This document shows positions 1-10,057 of a stretch of 64,000 nucleotides of DNA, piece by piece. How positions within the stretch are numbered: the first letter of the stretch is position 1; each line of letters starts with the position of its first letter. The position numbers were made by a program, and so were the translations under genes. Location: contig CAZOHA010000002.1 in NCBI GenBank assembly GCA_964579515.1, positions 145,096-209,095 on the forward strand, given 5' to 3'. The notes under the pieces were generated by a model that worked only from the letters and a program-made list of their open reading frames with translations, ran no database searches and was not told where the DNA came from. Origin of the DNA: an uncultured Bacteroides sp. (lineage in GTDB: Bacteria > Bacteroidota > Bacteroidia > Bacteroidales > GCA-2748055).

Positions 1-1897
1 CGTAGGCTGGTTGAACAATGTGGCGGATGGATCCTGCCATCTCCTTCATCAGATCGACCACCTGCACATACCGGTGGCCATTATCGATCTCTGTTTCCTG
101 AAAGTTGCGAAGGGTTACCGGGATGTTGTCGCGGATCTCTTTCACCTCTCTTGTCAACTCCATGGATTCCTTCCGGCGCTTTTTCATCTCCTTGAATTTC
201 TCCCTGAAGAAACTGCTGTAGGTCAGGTAGAGGATCTTGGAAGCCCTGACCAGGGAGGTTCGGACCTCCTGGTTGCATTTTTCGAGAAGCTCGGAAGTGG
301 TGGTGGAAGATTCCGTTCTAACCGCCTCCAGTTTTGTCCTGCGTTTCCGGTGAAAGGCGTGGGTCTTCAGCAGAATGTAAATCGAGATCCCTATCAGGAT
401 CAGCATGACCGGAAATTTCCCGAAGAAGATGAGACCGGCGATCAGAAAGGAGACGCTGAAGGCGATAAATGCGGTAAAGAACCAGCCCCCGATCACAGTG
501 AGTACCCCGGTGATCCGGTAAACCGCACTTTCCCGTCCCCAGGCCCCGTCGGCCAGGGAAGTTCCCATGGCCACCATGAAGGTCACGTAGGTGGTGGACA
601 GGGGAAGTTTCAGCGAGGTGCCGATGGCGATCAGTATGCTTGCCACCACCAGGTTTACAGATGCTCTTACAAGGTCGAATGCACGCTGGTCTTTTTTGCC
701 AGGGTCTCCGTTTTCCGGATTGAACCTCAGGTGAAGGTACCGCTTCGTACTGGCAGGAGTGATCTTCATCAGCCCGTTACGTACCTCCACGGCGCGTCTT
801 ACAATGAATCGTGCCAGCAGCGAAGAGGCAAACCTCTCCTGGCCTTCGTCCTGCCGGCCCAGGTTAATCTCTGTTTCGGTCACGGAGCGGGCTTTTTTGG
901 ACAAACGCAGGGTGACCACCATGATTAGCCCGGCAATTACCAGGAAATAGAGGGGGGTGTCGACCGGTGCCCTGAGGGAATCCATCATAAATGCACCGCT
1001 ATCGGTGCTGCCTGAGGCGGCGAAAGCCCGGAACGACTCGAAGCCTGCCAGGGGCACTCCGATGAAGTTGACCATATCGTTTCCCGCAAATGCCATGGCC
1101 AGGGCAAATGTGCCCACCAGCACAACGCTCTTCAAAATGCTGACCCTGGTGAAGAGCGCCAGAAGCTGGAACAGAAGCGTCCATCCCAACAGGCTGACTA
1201 ACAGTATCATCGCCGTATGCTCCCTGATATACTGCAGCATTTCTTCGGTAACCAGGGTGGATCCACTGGCTCCCTTAATGAGAAGAAAATAACCGATGGC
1301 CGTGATGGCAATGCCTCCCCAGATCCCCGACCAGTATCTGGACGACCGTGTAAGGTTGAACGAAAAGGCGAGGCGGACGATCCACATGACCAACATGCCC
1401 ACTGTAAATGCTATCAGTACGGAGATGAAGATACCGCCGATAATAACCATAGCTCTTTCGGTGTGGATATATTCGGCAAGCCCGCTGGTTCCTTCTCCCA
1501 TTTTCAGCAGCTTGAAGGTGGCCACCGCCACGGCCGATCCCAGGAGTTCAAAAACGATTGAAACGGTGGTAGAGGTGGGCAGTGCAATGGTATTGAAGAA
1601 ATCGAGCAGAAGGATATCGGTAAGCATCACCGCCATGAAAAGGACCATGATCTCGTTGAAGGCAAATTGTTCGGGATTGAAGATTCCCTTTCGGGCCACC
1701 TCCATCATGCCGTTGGAAAAGACAGCCCCTGCCAGAACACCCAATCCCGCAATGGCCATAATTACCCGGAACGGAGCTGCCTTTGAGCCCAGAGCGGAGT
1801 TAAGAAAGTTCACGGCGTCATTGCTGACACCGACGATCAGGTCGGAGATTGCCAGCACAAAGAGGACGCCTACAACAAATATGTAATAAGATTCCAA
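1..1897 (-). CDS. inorganic phosphate transporter, PiT/PHO4 family (3' end runs off the left edge)
   Basis: Absent from the ORF track because no stop codon lies in-window. Manual minus-strand translation is open from 1897 to 1: (TTG)ESYYIFVVGVLFVLAISDLIVGVSNDAVNFLNSALGSKAAPF ... ALAMAFAGNDMVNFIGVPLAG. This shows the duplicated G-x-ND-x-x-NF PiT signature and many hydrophobic helices. An in-frame TAG sits at 1930-1928. There is no ATG, so the likely start is TTG at 1897 (alternative TTG at 1912). Confidence 0.85.
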   Translation of the reverse strand, partial: MESYYIFVVGVLFVLAISDLIVGVSNDAVNFLNSALGSKAAPFRVIMAIAGLGVLAGAVFSNGMMEVARKGIFNPEQFAFNEIMVLFMAVMLTDILLLDFFNTIALPTSTTVSIVFELLGSAVAVATFKLLKMGEGTSGLAEYIHTERAMVIIGGIFISVLIAFTVGMLVMWIVRLAFSFNLTRSSRYWSGIWGGIAITAIGYFLLIKGASGSTLVTEEMLQYIREHTAMILLVSLLGWTLLFQLLALFTRVSILKSVVLVGTFALAMAFAGNDMVNFIGVPLAGFESFRAFAASGSTDSGAFMMDSLRAPVDTPLYFLVIAGLIMVVTLRLSKKARSVTETEINLGRQDEGQERFASSLLARFIVRRAVEVRNGLMKITPASTKRYLHLRFNPENGDPGKKDQRAFDLVRASVNLVVASILIAIGTSLKLPLSTTYVTFMVAMGTSLADGAWGRESAVYRITGVLTVIGGWFFTAFIAFSVSFLIAGLIFFGKFPVMLILIGISIYILLKTHAFHRKRRTKLEAVRTESSTTTSELLEKCNQEVRTSLVRASKILYLTYSSFFREKFKEMKKRRKESMELTREVKEIRDNIPVTLRNFQETEIDNGHRYVQVVDLMKEMAGSIRHIVQPAY

Positions 1898-1966
1898 GTG
1901 AAAAAATATCAAATGCTTGCGCGGTCTCTAAAAATGTTACTTTTGGCGTCAAAAATAGTCATAATA

Positions 1967-2743
1967 ATGGAAAATGAAATAGTGACGTGGCTGGTGCAGC
2001 CCGAACTGATCTGGGAGGATGTGGAGGCCAACATCGAGATTCTCGACCGCATGCTGGAAGGGGTGGCCGGACAGGTGGATCTGATCATCCTTCCGGAAAC
2101 CTTTTCCACCGGGTTCACCATGAATTCGGACAGGTTTGCCGATGATATGGATGGAAAGGCGGTGACCTGGATGAAGGAGAAGGCCGGAAGGCTCGGAGCA
2201 GTGATTACAGGAAGTGTGATTACCAGGGAGGAGGGGCGTATTTACAACCGTCTGCACTGGATCACCCCCGACGGCGGACATGAGCACTACGATAAGCGAC
2301 ACCTTTTCAGGATGGGTCGGGAGAATGAACATTTCTCGGAAGGGACCCTGAGGAAGTTATTCTCCCTGGGAGCTTTTCGCTTTTGTCCCCAGATCTGTTA
2401 TGACCTGCGGTTCCCTGTATTCTCCAGGAACAGGAATGATTATGATATTCTCTTTTACGTGGCCAACTGGCCGGCACCCAGGCATGAAGTGTGGGAGACC
2501 CTGTTGAAGGCAAGAGCCATCGAGAATCAGTCCTATGTGGTGGGAGTCAACCGCACCGGAACAGACGGCCTGGGAGTGGCTCACAAGGGCGGAAGTTGCG
2601 TATTCGATTCCTACGGCAGGGAGATCCTGCAAATGGATCATGGCCCGGGTATTGCCCGGGTCATCTTATCACTGGACATGGTCAGGGATTTCAGAAAGAA
2701 GTTCCCGGCCTGGAAAGATGCGGATGATTTCAGACTGTTGTAA
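1967..2743 (+). CDS. yafV: carbon-nitrogen hydrolase, omega-amidase YafV-like
   Basis: The ORF 1898..2743 was trimmed to the ATG at 1967 (MENEIVTWLVQPELIWED). It resembles E. coli YafV along its length: ILPETFSTGF (Glu), YDKRHLFRM (Lys), CYDLRFPVFSRN (Cys), YVANWPAPR, ARAIENQ. Confidence 0.85.
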   Translation: MENEIVTWLVQPELIWEDVEANIEILDRMLEGVAGQVDLIILPETFSTGFTMNSDRFADDMDGKAVTWMKEKAGRLGAVITGSVITREEGRIYNRLHWITPDGGHEHYDKRHLFRMGRENEHFSEGTLRKLFSLGAFRFCPQICYDLRFPVFSRNRNDYDILFYVANWPAPRHEVWETLLKARAIENQSYVVGVNRTGTDGLGVAHKGGSCVFDSYGREILQMDHGPGIARVILSLDMVRDFRKKFPAWKDADDFRLL

Positions 2744-3313
2744 TCAGCATCCGCATCCATGGCCCTCCTTGTCGTTGCAGCCCTCCTTGTCATGGCTGCC
2801 GCAACCGCATCCGTTGCCGGCGTGAACATGGCCGTGCGCCAGTTCTTCTTCGGTAGCACTGCGTATATCGGTCACCTGGCCTTTAAAGAAAAGATCGTTC
2901 CCTGCCATGGGATGATTGAAGTCCATCTTCACCGCCTCTTCCTCCACAGCGAGCACCTTGCCATTCAGACGCCTTCCCTCTGCATCCATCATGGGTACTG
3001 TATTTCCGATCTGCATCAGCGACTCGTCGATCTGCCCGTTGATTTCGAATACCGATTTGGGCACATGTACAACGGCGGATTCCACCACAGGGCCATAAGC
3101 ATCTTCTGAATGGAGAAGGAATTCAAACTCATCTCCTGCTGAGAGGCCACTGAGATTCTCCTCGAATTTTGGAAGTAATCCGCCACTGCCGTAAAGGAAT
3201 GTGAGCGGATGGTCACTGGTGAGGGATTCCACCACTTCTCCTTCCCTGGATCCTGCACGAAGTTCATACACAATGGAGACTACCTGGTCTTTTTCAGCTA
3301 TCATCTTGTCCAT
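2744..3313 (-). CDS. slyD: FKBP-type peptidyl-prolyl cis-trans isomerase SlyD with Cys/His-rich metal-binding tail
   Basis: The ORF 2744..3424 was trimmed to the ATG at 3313 (MDKMIAEKDQVVSIVYELR). It has an FKBP plus insert-in-flap architecture (FLYGSGGLLPKFEENLSGL, DFNHPMAGNDLFF). The C-terminus reads HGHVHAGNGCGCGSHDKEGCNDKEGHGCGC. Confidence 0.85.
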   Translation of the reverse strand: MDKMIAEKDQVVSIVYELRAGSREGEVVESLTSDHPLTFLYGSGGLLPKFEENLSGLSAGDEFEFLLHSEDAYGPVVESAVVHVPKSVFEINGQIDESLMQIGNTVPMMDAEGRRLNGKVLAVEEEAVKMDFNHPMAGNDLFFKGQVTDIRSATEEELAHGHVHAGNGCGCGSHDKEGCNDKEGHGCGC

Positions 3314-3348
3314 AATTTGATTGCAAAGAAAAGAAAAAAATATGAGGC

Positions 3349-3963
3349 TCAGAAATAGGCGTTGAAGCCGATTCTGAATACCGGGTTGGAGTAGGGGGAT
3401 CTGGAAGAATCGTTCAGGTTCCAAAGGATCATGATGGAGAGCGAGTTGTAAAGGCCCAGGCGCTGTGTGATTCCCCCTCCCACCAGGAATCCCTGATACA
3501 GAAACCTCCCCTCCTCGGGATAGGCGGGGGCGTAATAATATGCCTTTTCCAGGCTGAGTCCTTCATATTCCGCATGAATGAACAGTTCATTGAACAGATT
3601 CAGGGGCAGGAACTGTTCCGCGTTGCGGATCAGCGAAAACCTGGCAAATGCCTTGCCGCCGTAAACATGGGTTTTGTAAGAGTAGGGAAAATAGGGGGTG
3701 GCTTTGCGGGATTGGTAAATATAGTGCGGACCGAGCCCGACAGCCAACCTGTCGGTGAGGTGATAACCCACCAGAGGAGCGATATCCACATAGGTAAGGG
3801 TTCCAAAAGAGAGCCATAATTCAGGTACCAGGAAAAACTTCCCCTTTCTTTCCGGTACCTCCTCCTGCGCCAGGCAGGTCATACTGACCGCCATAAGCAT
3901 TGCGATCCCCGCGACTATTTTCATTCTCAACATCCTCTTCCGCATGCTTATCTCCTCTTCCAT
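3349..3963 (-). CDS. putative outer-membrane beta-barrel protein
   Basis: The ORF 3349..4218 was trimmed to an internal Met (MEEEISMRKRMLRMKIVAGIAMLMAVSMTCLAQ), which gives a signal peptide. It shows alternating aromatic/aliphatic strand patterns and a C-terminal ...RIGFNAYF. The start (3963 or 3945) is uncertain. Confidence 0.55.
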   Translation of the reverse strand: MEEEISMRKRMLRMKIVAGIAMLMAVSMTCLAQEEVPERKGKFFLVPELWLSFGTLTYVDIAPLVGYHLTDRLAVGLGPHYIYQSRKATPYFPYSYKTHVYGGKAFARFSLIRNAEQFLPLNLFNELFIHAEYEGLSLEKAYYYAPAYPEEGRFLYQGFLVGGGITQRLGLYNSLSIMILWNLNDSSRSPYSNPVFRIGFNAYF

Positions 3964-4046
3964 TTGATCGGATCTGCAATAATATAGAAAAATGATCCCC
4001 GATCCATTGAAAAGCACATAAATTTGCCTGTAAAAAACCACGATAT

Positions 4047-4757
4047 ATGAATATACTGATAACCGGGGCAAGCCGCGGAATCGGAGCGGCATTGGCTCCT
4101 CTCCTGACCTCAGAAGGCCACCGGGTGCTTTTATTGTCCAGGAACATGCAGAATCTGGAGGAGCTGGCCCTCCGGTGCAACCGGGGTTCTGAGGATCCGC
4201 TGGCCGTTCCCATATCATTCGACCTGACCCGCCTTCCGGAAAGGGAAGAGGAGTTCACCGGACTGATCGCACAACACGCAGGAACCCTGGATGCACTTTT
4301 GAATAATGCCGGACAACTGGTGAACAAACCCTTTGCCGAAGTATCGGCAGAGGAGGCCAGAGGACTATTCGACGTCAATTTTTTTATGCCGGCCCAGCTG
4401 ATGCGGCTCTGCATCCCCCTGATGGCGGAATCCCGGTTAAAACATATGGTCAATATCTCCGGTATGGGCGGCTTTCAGGGAAGTGCCAAATTTCCCGGAC
4501 TTTCCTATTACAGTGCCTCCAAGGGAGCACTGGGAATCCTGAGCGAATGCCTGGCAGAGGAATTTAAAGAGGAGGGGATACGGGTCAACGCACTGGCCAT
4601 CGGAGCCGTTCAGACAGAGATGCTGGCAGAGGCATTCCCCGGACTGGAGGCTCCCATGGGCCCGGTGGAGATGGCACGGTTCATCCGCTGGTTCCTTCTG
4701 GAGGGCGGATCCTATTTCAACGGGAAGGTCCTTCCCGTTTCAGTCTCCACTCCCTGA
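4047..4757 (+). CDS. short-chain dehydrogenase/reductase (SDR) family oxidoreductase
   Basis: N-terminal ITGASRGIG Rossmann motif, NNAG, and a YSASKGAL catalytic Y-x3-K. Its 3' end overlaps the convergent buk gene by 18 nt. Confidence 0.8.
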   Translation: MNILITGASRGIGAALAPLLTSEGHRVLLLSRNMQNLEELALRCNRGSEDPLAVPISFDLTRLPEREEEFTGLIAQHAGTLDALLNNAGQLVNKPFAEVSAEEARGLFDVNFFMPAQLMRLCIPLMAESRLKHMVNISGMGGFQGSAKFPGLSYYSASKGALGILSECLAEEFKEEGIRVNALAIGAVQTEMLAEAFPGLEAPMGPVEMARFIRWFLLEGGSYFNGKVLPVSVSTP

Positions 4758-5849
4758 TCCTTTTTTCGGCTGCGGCTGGTATTCCCTGGCCTCGATCTTG
4801 CCGTTGAGCAGCATGGACCCATTCAGGGCCAGGGCTTTCATTTCATCCTCTCCCGGATAGATAAATACCGGGGCTATGAATCCGACCCGCTCTTTGATAT
4901 AGGCGGTCAGATCAGGGTTATGTGCAATTCCGCCGGTGATGATAATGGCGTGGACCTCTCCGCCCAAAACGGCTGCCATGCCACCGATTTCCTTGCTGAT
5001 CTGATACGCCATGGCATCCTGGATCCGCCTGGCATCCTGATCACCCTCCCTTGCTTTTCTTTCCAGTTTCTCGCAATCCTTGTGCCCCACAAAAGCATAC
5101 AGTCCCCCTTCACCGGCCAGCATTTTCATCACCTGCTCCCTGCTCCTGCCGCTTTCGAAACAATAGCGGACCAGTGCTCCCGTGGGCAGGGTGCCTGATC
5201 TTTCGGGGGCGAACGGACCATCCCCGTCCAGGGCGTTATTTACATCGATCACCCGACCTTTCCGGTGTGCCCCGACGGAGATGCCGCTTCCCAGATGGGC
5301 AATGATCAGGTTGAGGTCTTCGTACTCCATCCCCCTGGAATGAGCATAGGTTCTTGCGGTGGATTTCTGGTTCAGTGCATGGAAAATGGAAATTCGTTCA
5401 AATTCAGGATGACCCGAGATTCTGGCTACCTCCTGCAGTTCGTCGACCACCACGGGATCGGCAATAAATGCGCGGGCTTCCGTGAATTCCTCCAGCAGCC
5501 GGTGAGCTATCAGTCCTCCCAGGTTGCTGGCATGCTCTCCCATGACTCCGGCCTTCAGATCCTCCAGCATCTTCTGGTTGACCTCGTAAAGACCCGATTC
5601 GATAGGATGGATCAGTCCCCCACGGGCAATGATGGCTGCCACTTCCTTCGCAGGGATGTGGTTCTCCCTGACCTCATTCAGAACCAGTTCCATCCTGAAT
5701 TCGAGCTGGTCGGTGATTTTATCGAAGTTTTCCAGATCCTCCGAAGAATGCCGGAGGGTCTTCAGGAGGATAAATTTGTTGCTCCGGTAGACGGCGATCT
5801 TTGTGGAGGTGGCCCCGGGATTAATGGCCAGAATATAATTTGCTTCCAT
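4740..5849 (-). CDS. buk: butyrate kinase
   Basis: 369 aa. ILAINPGATSTKIAVY, HLGSGISVGAH and ERSGTLP are ASKHA acetate/butyrate kinase motifs, and the length is typical for Buk. It lies directly downstream of ptb. Confidence 0.9.
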   Translation of the reverse strand: MEANYILAINPGATSTKIAVYRSNKFILLKTLRHSSEDLENFDKITDQLEFRMELVLNEVRENHIPAKEVAAIIARGGLIHPIESGLYEVNQKMLEDLKAGVMGEHASNLGGLIAHRLLEEFTEARAFIADPVVVDELQEVARISGHPEFERISIFHALNQKSTARTYAHSRGMEYEDLNLIIAHLGSGISVGAHRKGRVIDVNNALDGDGPFAPERSGTLPTGALVRYCFESGRSREQVMKMLAGEGGLYAFVGHKDCEKLERKAREGDQDARRIQDAMAYQISKEIGGMAAVLGGEVHAIIITGGIAHNPDLTAYIKERVGFIAPVFIYPGEDEMKALALNGSMLLNGKIEAREYQPQPKKGSGSGD

Positions 5850-5862
5850 ATACAGTTCAGCA

Positions 5863-6771
5863 TTATTGAGCGGCCACTGCGGCCAGCAGGATGGAATCGA
5901 ATTTTGCCTGTTCAGAATCGGACCGGGAGGTCAGTACAATGGGTGCAGAAGCACCTACAATCATGGAGGCTACCTTTGCCTTGGCAAAAAAGACCAGGGT
6001 TTTGTAGAGGACATTGCCCACCTCGATATCGGGCATCAAAAGCAGGTCGGTGTCACCGGCCACATCACTTTTGATCTCCTTATGCCTGGCGCTCTCCGAA
6101 GATACCGCATTGTCGAAGGCCAGAGGACCGTCGACGATGCAGTTTTTGATCTGATGCCGCTGGTTCATCTTGGAAAGCAATGCAGCATCGAGTGTGGCGT
6201 CCATATCGGTATTCACCTGCTCCACGGCTCCCAGCACAGCCACCTTGGGAAGTTCAATGCCCAGGTTGTTCAACACTCTGACTGCATTGTTCAGGATCCC
6301 GATTTTTTCAGTCAGATTGGGTGCAATGTTCATGGCCACGTCGGTAACCGCTATCAGTTTATGATAGGTTTCCACTTCAAAATAGGCAAAGTGAGAGAGG
6401 AGGTTACCTGTCCTGAGGCCGTATTCCTTGTTCAGAACACTCCGGAGCATGTCGGAGGTACCCACTTTTCCTTTCATCAGCACATCGGCTTTTCCGTCGT
6501 GCACCATCTTCACGGATGCAGTCACCGCTTCCACCGGGCTGGCGGTCTCCACGAACTCAAACTTGCTGATATTGAGGTTAAGGATCTCGGCCATTCCAAA
6601 GGTCTTATCACGGTTACCCACCAGGATGGGGCGGACGATCTCCCGCTTGGCCGCTGAGACAACCGCACCCAGCGAGTGGGCATCCTCTGAGGCAGCGAGC
6701 ACCAGCTTGCGCGGCTTATGGCCCTTATCGAGCAGCTCCTCGAGCTGCGAGAGTTTCGTCAACATTTCCAT
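5863..6771 (-). CDS. ptb: phosphate butyryltransferase
   Basis: 302 aa PTA_PTB family protein (LMKGKVGTS, VLGAVE, MPDIEVGNVLYK, VLTSRSDS). The size and its adjacency to buk support Ptb rather than Pta. Confidence 0.85.
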   Translation of the reverse strand: MEMLTKLSQLEELLDKGHKPRKLVLAASEDAHSLGAVVSAAKREIVRPILVGNRDKTFGMAEILNLNISKFEFVETASPVEAVTASVKMVHDGKADVLMKGKVGTSDMLRSVLNKEYGLRTGNLLSHFAYFEVETYHKLIAVTDVAMNIAPNLTEKIGILNNAVRVLNNLGIELPKVAVLGAVEQVNTDMDATLDAALLSKMNQRHQIKNCIVDGPLAFDNAVSSESARHKEIKSDVAGDTDLLLMPDIEVGNVLYKTLVFFAKAKVASMIVGASAPIVLTSRSDSEQAKFDSILLAAVAAQ

Positions 6772-6777
6772 GTTCGG

Positions 6778-7986
6778 TTAAAAGCACTTCTCCAGGATTT
6801 TATAGGTATCGGTGGCAATGACCAGCTCTTCGTTGGTCTTGATGACCATGGCGGTTGTCCTGGAATCGGGCTTGGTGATCACCTTATCCTCCCCCTTGAC
6901 CCCGTGATTGGCCGATTCATCGAAATCGATGCCGAGATACTCCATATTCTGGCAGATCATGCGTCTGATATTGAAGTCATTTTCACCGATTCCCCCGGTA
7001 AATATCACACAGTCGAGTCCATTCATGATGGTGGCATAGGCTCCGATGAACTTCTTCACCCGGTAGGCATACATGGTGAGCGCCAGGTTAGCCTTGTCGT
7101 TTCCTTCGTAATACGCCAGCTCCAGGTCACGCATATCGGAGGATATCTCTGAAATTCCCACCATACCGCTGCGCTTGTTTATCAGATTGCTGATCCCTTT
7201 CAGACTCAGGTGCTCTTTATCGGCCAGAAACAACAGCACCCCCGGATCAATATCACCGGTGCGGGTACCCATGATCAGGCCGTCGACCGGGGTGAATCCC
7301 ATGGAGGTATCCACCGACCGTCCCCTTTCAATGGCAGTGACCGAGGCGCCGTTACCCAGATGGCACGAGATCACTTTCAAATCGCGGGTATCCCGGTTGA
7401 GGACTTCGCTGGCCCTTTTGAAAACATATTTATGGCTGGTTCCGTGGTATCCGTATTTCCTGATCCCGTATTTTTCGTAATACTCCCTGGGGATGGCATA
7501 CATATAGGCGTGAGGCGGCATGGTCTGATGGAAAGAGGTGTCGAACACTGCCACCTGGGGGATCCCCGGCAACAGGCTTTCCACCGAAATGATCCCTTTC
7601 AGGTTGGCCGGGTTATGGAGTGGAGCCAGCTCCTCACACGCTTCGATATCCTGAATCACTTCCTTGGTGATCAGTACGCTCTCCTTGTATTTTTCCCCTC
7701 CCTGGACCACCCGGTGGCCCACTGCGGCGATCTCCCGGATTTCCCTGATAACCCCGTGTTCCTCATGCACCAGAGCATCCATGATCAGATGGATCCCGGT
7801 GGTATGGTCCATGATGGGGGTAGTGTGTTTATACTTCTCTTTCCCTGCAGGCTTATGGGTGAGGATGGCATCGGTGAAACCGATCCGCTCCACAATCCCT
7901 TTCGCCACCACCTCCGCCTGCTCTCCCATATCGAAGAGCTGATATTTAATGGATGAACTTCCGCAGTTCAATACGAGTATGATCAT
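6778..7986 (-). CDS. ackA: acetate kinase
   Basis: 402 aa. MIILVLNCGSSSIKYQLF, GHRVVQGG, YGYHGTSH, CHLGNGASV, IFTGGIGEN. Confidence 0.93.
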   Translation of the reverse strand: MIILVLNCGSSSIKYQLFDMGEQAEVVAKGIVERIGFTDAILTHKPAGKEKYKHTTPIMDHTTGIHLIMDALVHEEHGVIREIREIAAVGHRVVQGGEKYKESVLITKEVIQDIEACEELAPLHNPANLKGIISVESLLPGIPQVAVFDTSFHQTMPPHAYMYAIPREYYEKYGIRKYGYHGTSHKYVFKRASEVLNRDTRDLKVISCHLGNGASVTAIERGRSVDTSMGFTPVDGLIMGTRTGDIDPGVLLFLADKEHLSLKGISNLINKRSGMVGISEISSDMRDLELAYYEGNDKANLALTMYAYRVKKFIGAYATIMNGLDCVIFTGGIGENDFNIRRMICQNMEYLGIDFDESANHGVKGEDKVITKPDSRTTAMVIKTNEELVIATDTYKILEKCF

Positions 7987-7998
7987 CTGCTTCTTGGA

Positions 7999-9027
7999 TT
8001 AGGATGTTTGTGTTTCTTTCGATTTCTTCAGTCCTGATGCCTGGGTGGCGGTAATTGCGGCCAGATTCACAATATCACTGACCGAGCACCCCCTTGACAG
8101 ATCGTTGATCGGAGCAGCCATTCCCTGCAGAACGGGTCCGATGGCCTCGGCCTTGGCCAGGCGCTGGACCAGCTTATAGGCCACATTTCCCACATTCAGG
8201 TCGGGAAAAATGAGCACATTGGCATTGCCCTGTATGGAGCTGTCGGGTGCCTTGGAGGAGGCAATATCGGGAATCAGTGCAGCGTCGGCCTGGAGCTCTC
8301 CGTCGATGATCAGGCTGGGATCCATTTCCCTGGCCATCTGTGTGGCTTCCACCACTTTATCCACCATCGGATGGGAAGCACTTCCCTTGGTGGAGAAACT
8401 CATCATGGCGATACGCGGCTCAAATCCCAGGATCGACCGGGTGGTGCCGGCAGTGGCGACTGCGATCTCGGCCAGCTGCTTGGCATCCGGATCGGGATGC
8501 ACCGCCCCGTCGGCAAAGACAATCACCCCCTCCTCACCGAACGACTGATCCTGCAGAATCATGATAAATGCCCCGGATACAATACTGATACCCGGCTGGG
8601 TCTTGACAATCTGGAATGCGGGCCGGAGCACATCGCCCGTGGCATTGGCCGCACCGGCCACCTCACCGTCCGCATCACCTGCTTTGATCATCAGTACACC
8701 CAGGTAGAGGGGATCCTCCACCAGCCTGGCAGCCTCCTGCTCTGTCATTCCCTTATCTTTCCTCAGGTCGAGCAGGAGTTCGGTATACTCCTTTTTTTTG
8801 GGATGATCCTTGGGATTGATCACCTGTGCCTTCTCCAGGTTCTTCAGTCCGTACTGGTGGGCTTTTTCTTCCAGCTCTGAGGGATCGGCGATGATGTAAA
8901 CATAGCAGAGCTTTTCCCTGATGATGGCATCGGCTGCCATTACCGTGCGTTTCTCGAATCCTTCCGGCAGAACAATCCGCTGGCAGTCCGATCGGGCCTG
9001 CTGTCGTATTTTCTCAATTAAATTCAT
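7999..9027 (-). CDS. pta: phosphate acetyltransferase (short PTA_PTB form)
   Basis: 342 aa. [51 protein letters not shown]. It lies immediately upstream of ackA. Confidence 0.9.
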   Translation of the reverse strand: MNLIEKIRQQARSDCQRIVLPEGFEKRTVMAADAIIREKLCYVYIIADPSELEEKAHQYGLKNLEKAQVINPKDHPKKKEYTELLLDLRKDKGMTEQEAARLVEDPLYLGVLMIKAGDADGEVAGAANATGDVLRPAFQIVKTQPGISIVSGAFIMILQDQSFGEEGVIVFADGAVHPDPDAKQLAEIAVATAGTTRSILGFEPRIAMMSFSTKGSASHPMVDKVVEATQMAREMDPSLIIDGELQADAALIPDIASSKAPDSSIQGNANVLIFPDLNVGNVAYKLVQRLAKAEAIGPVLQGMAAPINDLSRGCSVSDIVNLAAITATQASGLKKSKETQTS

Positions 9028-9163
9028 TGATTATCAGTAATTTGAGATTAGAGAATAACAGGATTTAAAGGTATAAAAAATTGGGGGCCGGGGTCTATTG
9101 TAAAACATCTTTTTCAACACTTTTCCAACTTCCCGGTTATATCTGGATAAAACCTACCGACTT

Positions 9164-9964
9164 ATGAAAGCAGCCGATATTTTCGAGAGACTCTGGATTC
9201 AATATTCCTGTGATAATCCCAGTGCCGGGGAGATCTATGACCTGTTCCAGAAGAGCGGGGAGCGTGTGGTGAACGACCATGTGGCCTTTCGTACGTTCGA
9301 CGATCCCCGGGTCAATGTGGAGGTGCTGGCCAGACCCTTCCTGGCAGCGGGATACCGGCCCGAGGGAGCCTATAAGTTCCCTGAAAAGCGTTTGAGGGCC
9401 AGACACTATGAATTACCGGGCGAGCCCGAGGCTCCGAGGGTTTTCATCAGTGAGCTGATCCTGTCCGGATTTTCGGAAGAGCTGCAGAAAACCATACGCG
9501 GAGAACTGGACCGGCTGCCGTCCGATCTGTTCGAAAAGCCGGACTTTATCCTGGAGGGTCCGGTATTCAGTCCGGTCAGCTATCAGACCTATAAAAAACT
9601 GCGGGAGGAATCGGAATATGCCGCATGGCTCTATGTCTTCGGGTACAGGGCCAACCATTTCACGGTCAGTATCAACCACCTGGAGAAGTTCGATTCGATC
9701 CAGTCGGTCAACGCATTTTTGAACGAGAATGGCTACACTCTGAACAGCTCCGGGGGCGAGGTGAAAGGGAGCCCCGGTCAGCTCCTGGAACAGTCCTCCA
9801 CCCTGGCCGACCGGGTGAAGGTGGAGTTCAGCGAAGGGGTATACGAAATCCCTTCCTGTTACTACGAATTCGCACGCCGTTACAAAGACAGGGATGGACG
9901 TCTGTTCAGTGGCTTTATTGCCGGATCGGCCGACAAGATCTTCGAAAGCACCGATTTCAGATAA
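9164..9964 (+). CDS. DUF1338 family protein (HglS/YdcJ-like VOC-fold superfamily, short form)
   Basis: 266 aa. The N-terminal pattern IFERLWIQY...NDHVAFRTF is typical of DUF1338 proteins as I recognise them. This is a family-level call only. Confidence 0.65.
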   Translation: MKAADIFERLWIQYSCDNPSAGEIYDLFQKSGERVVNDHVAFRTFDDPRVNVEVLARPFLAAGYRPEGAYKFPEKRLRARHYELPGEPEAPRVFISELILSGFSEELQKTIRGELDRLPSDLFEKPDFILEGPVFSPVSYQTYKKLREESEYAAWLYVFGYRANHFTVSINHLEKFDSIQSVNAFLNENGYTLNSSGGEVKGSPGQLLEQSSTLADRVKVEFSEGVYEIPSCYYEFARRYKDRDGRLFSGFIAGSADKIFESTDFR

Positions 9965-10057
9965 GACCTGGAAAAAAATGGGATCATCTCTTGACTTCGA
10001 ATCATATTTGTTTTAAGTTTGTATCGCAAACTATATTGTTATACAAACTTATGCATT

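Noticed and set aside
11-1886. Three long + strand ORFs (11..928, 957..1292, 1296..1886)
   Set aside because: Their compositions are Pro/Arg/Gly/His-rich and low in information. They lie exactly antisense to a continuous, motif-rich PiT transporter reading frame on the minus strand.
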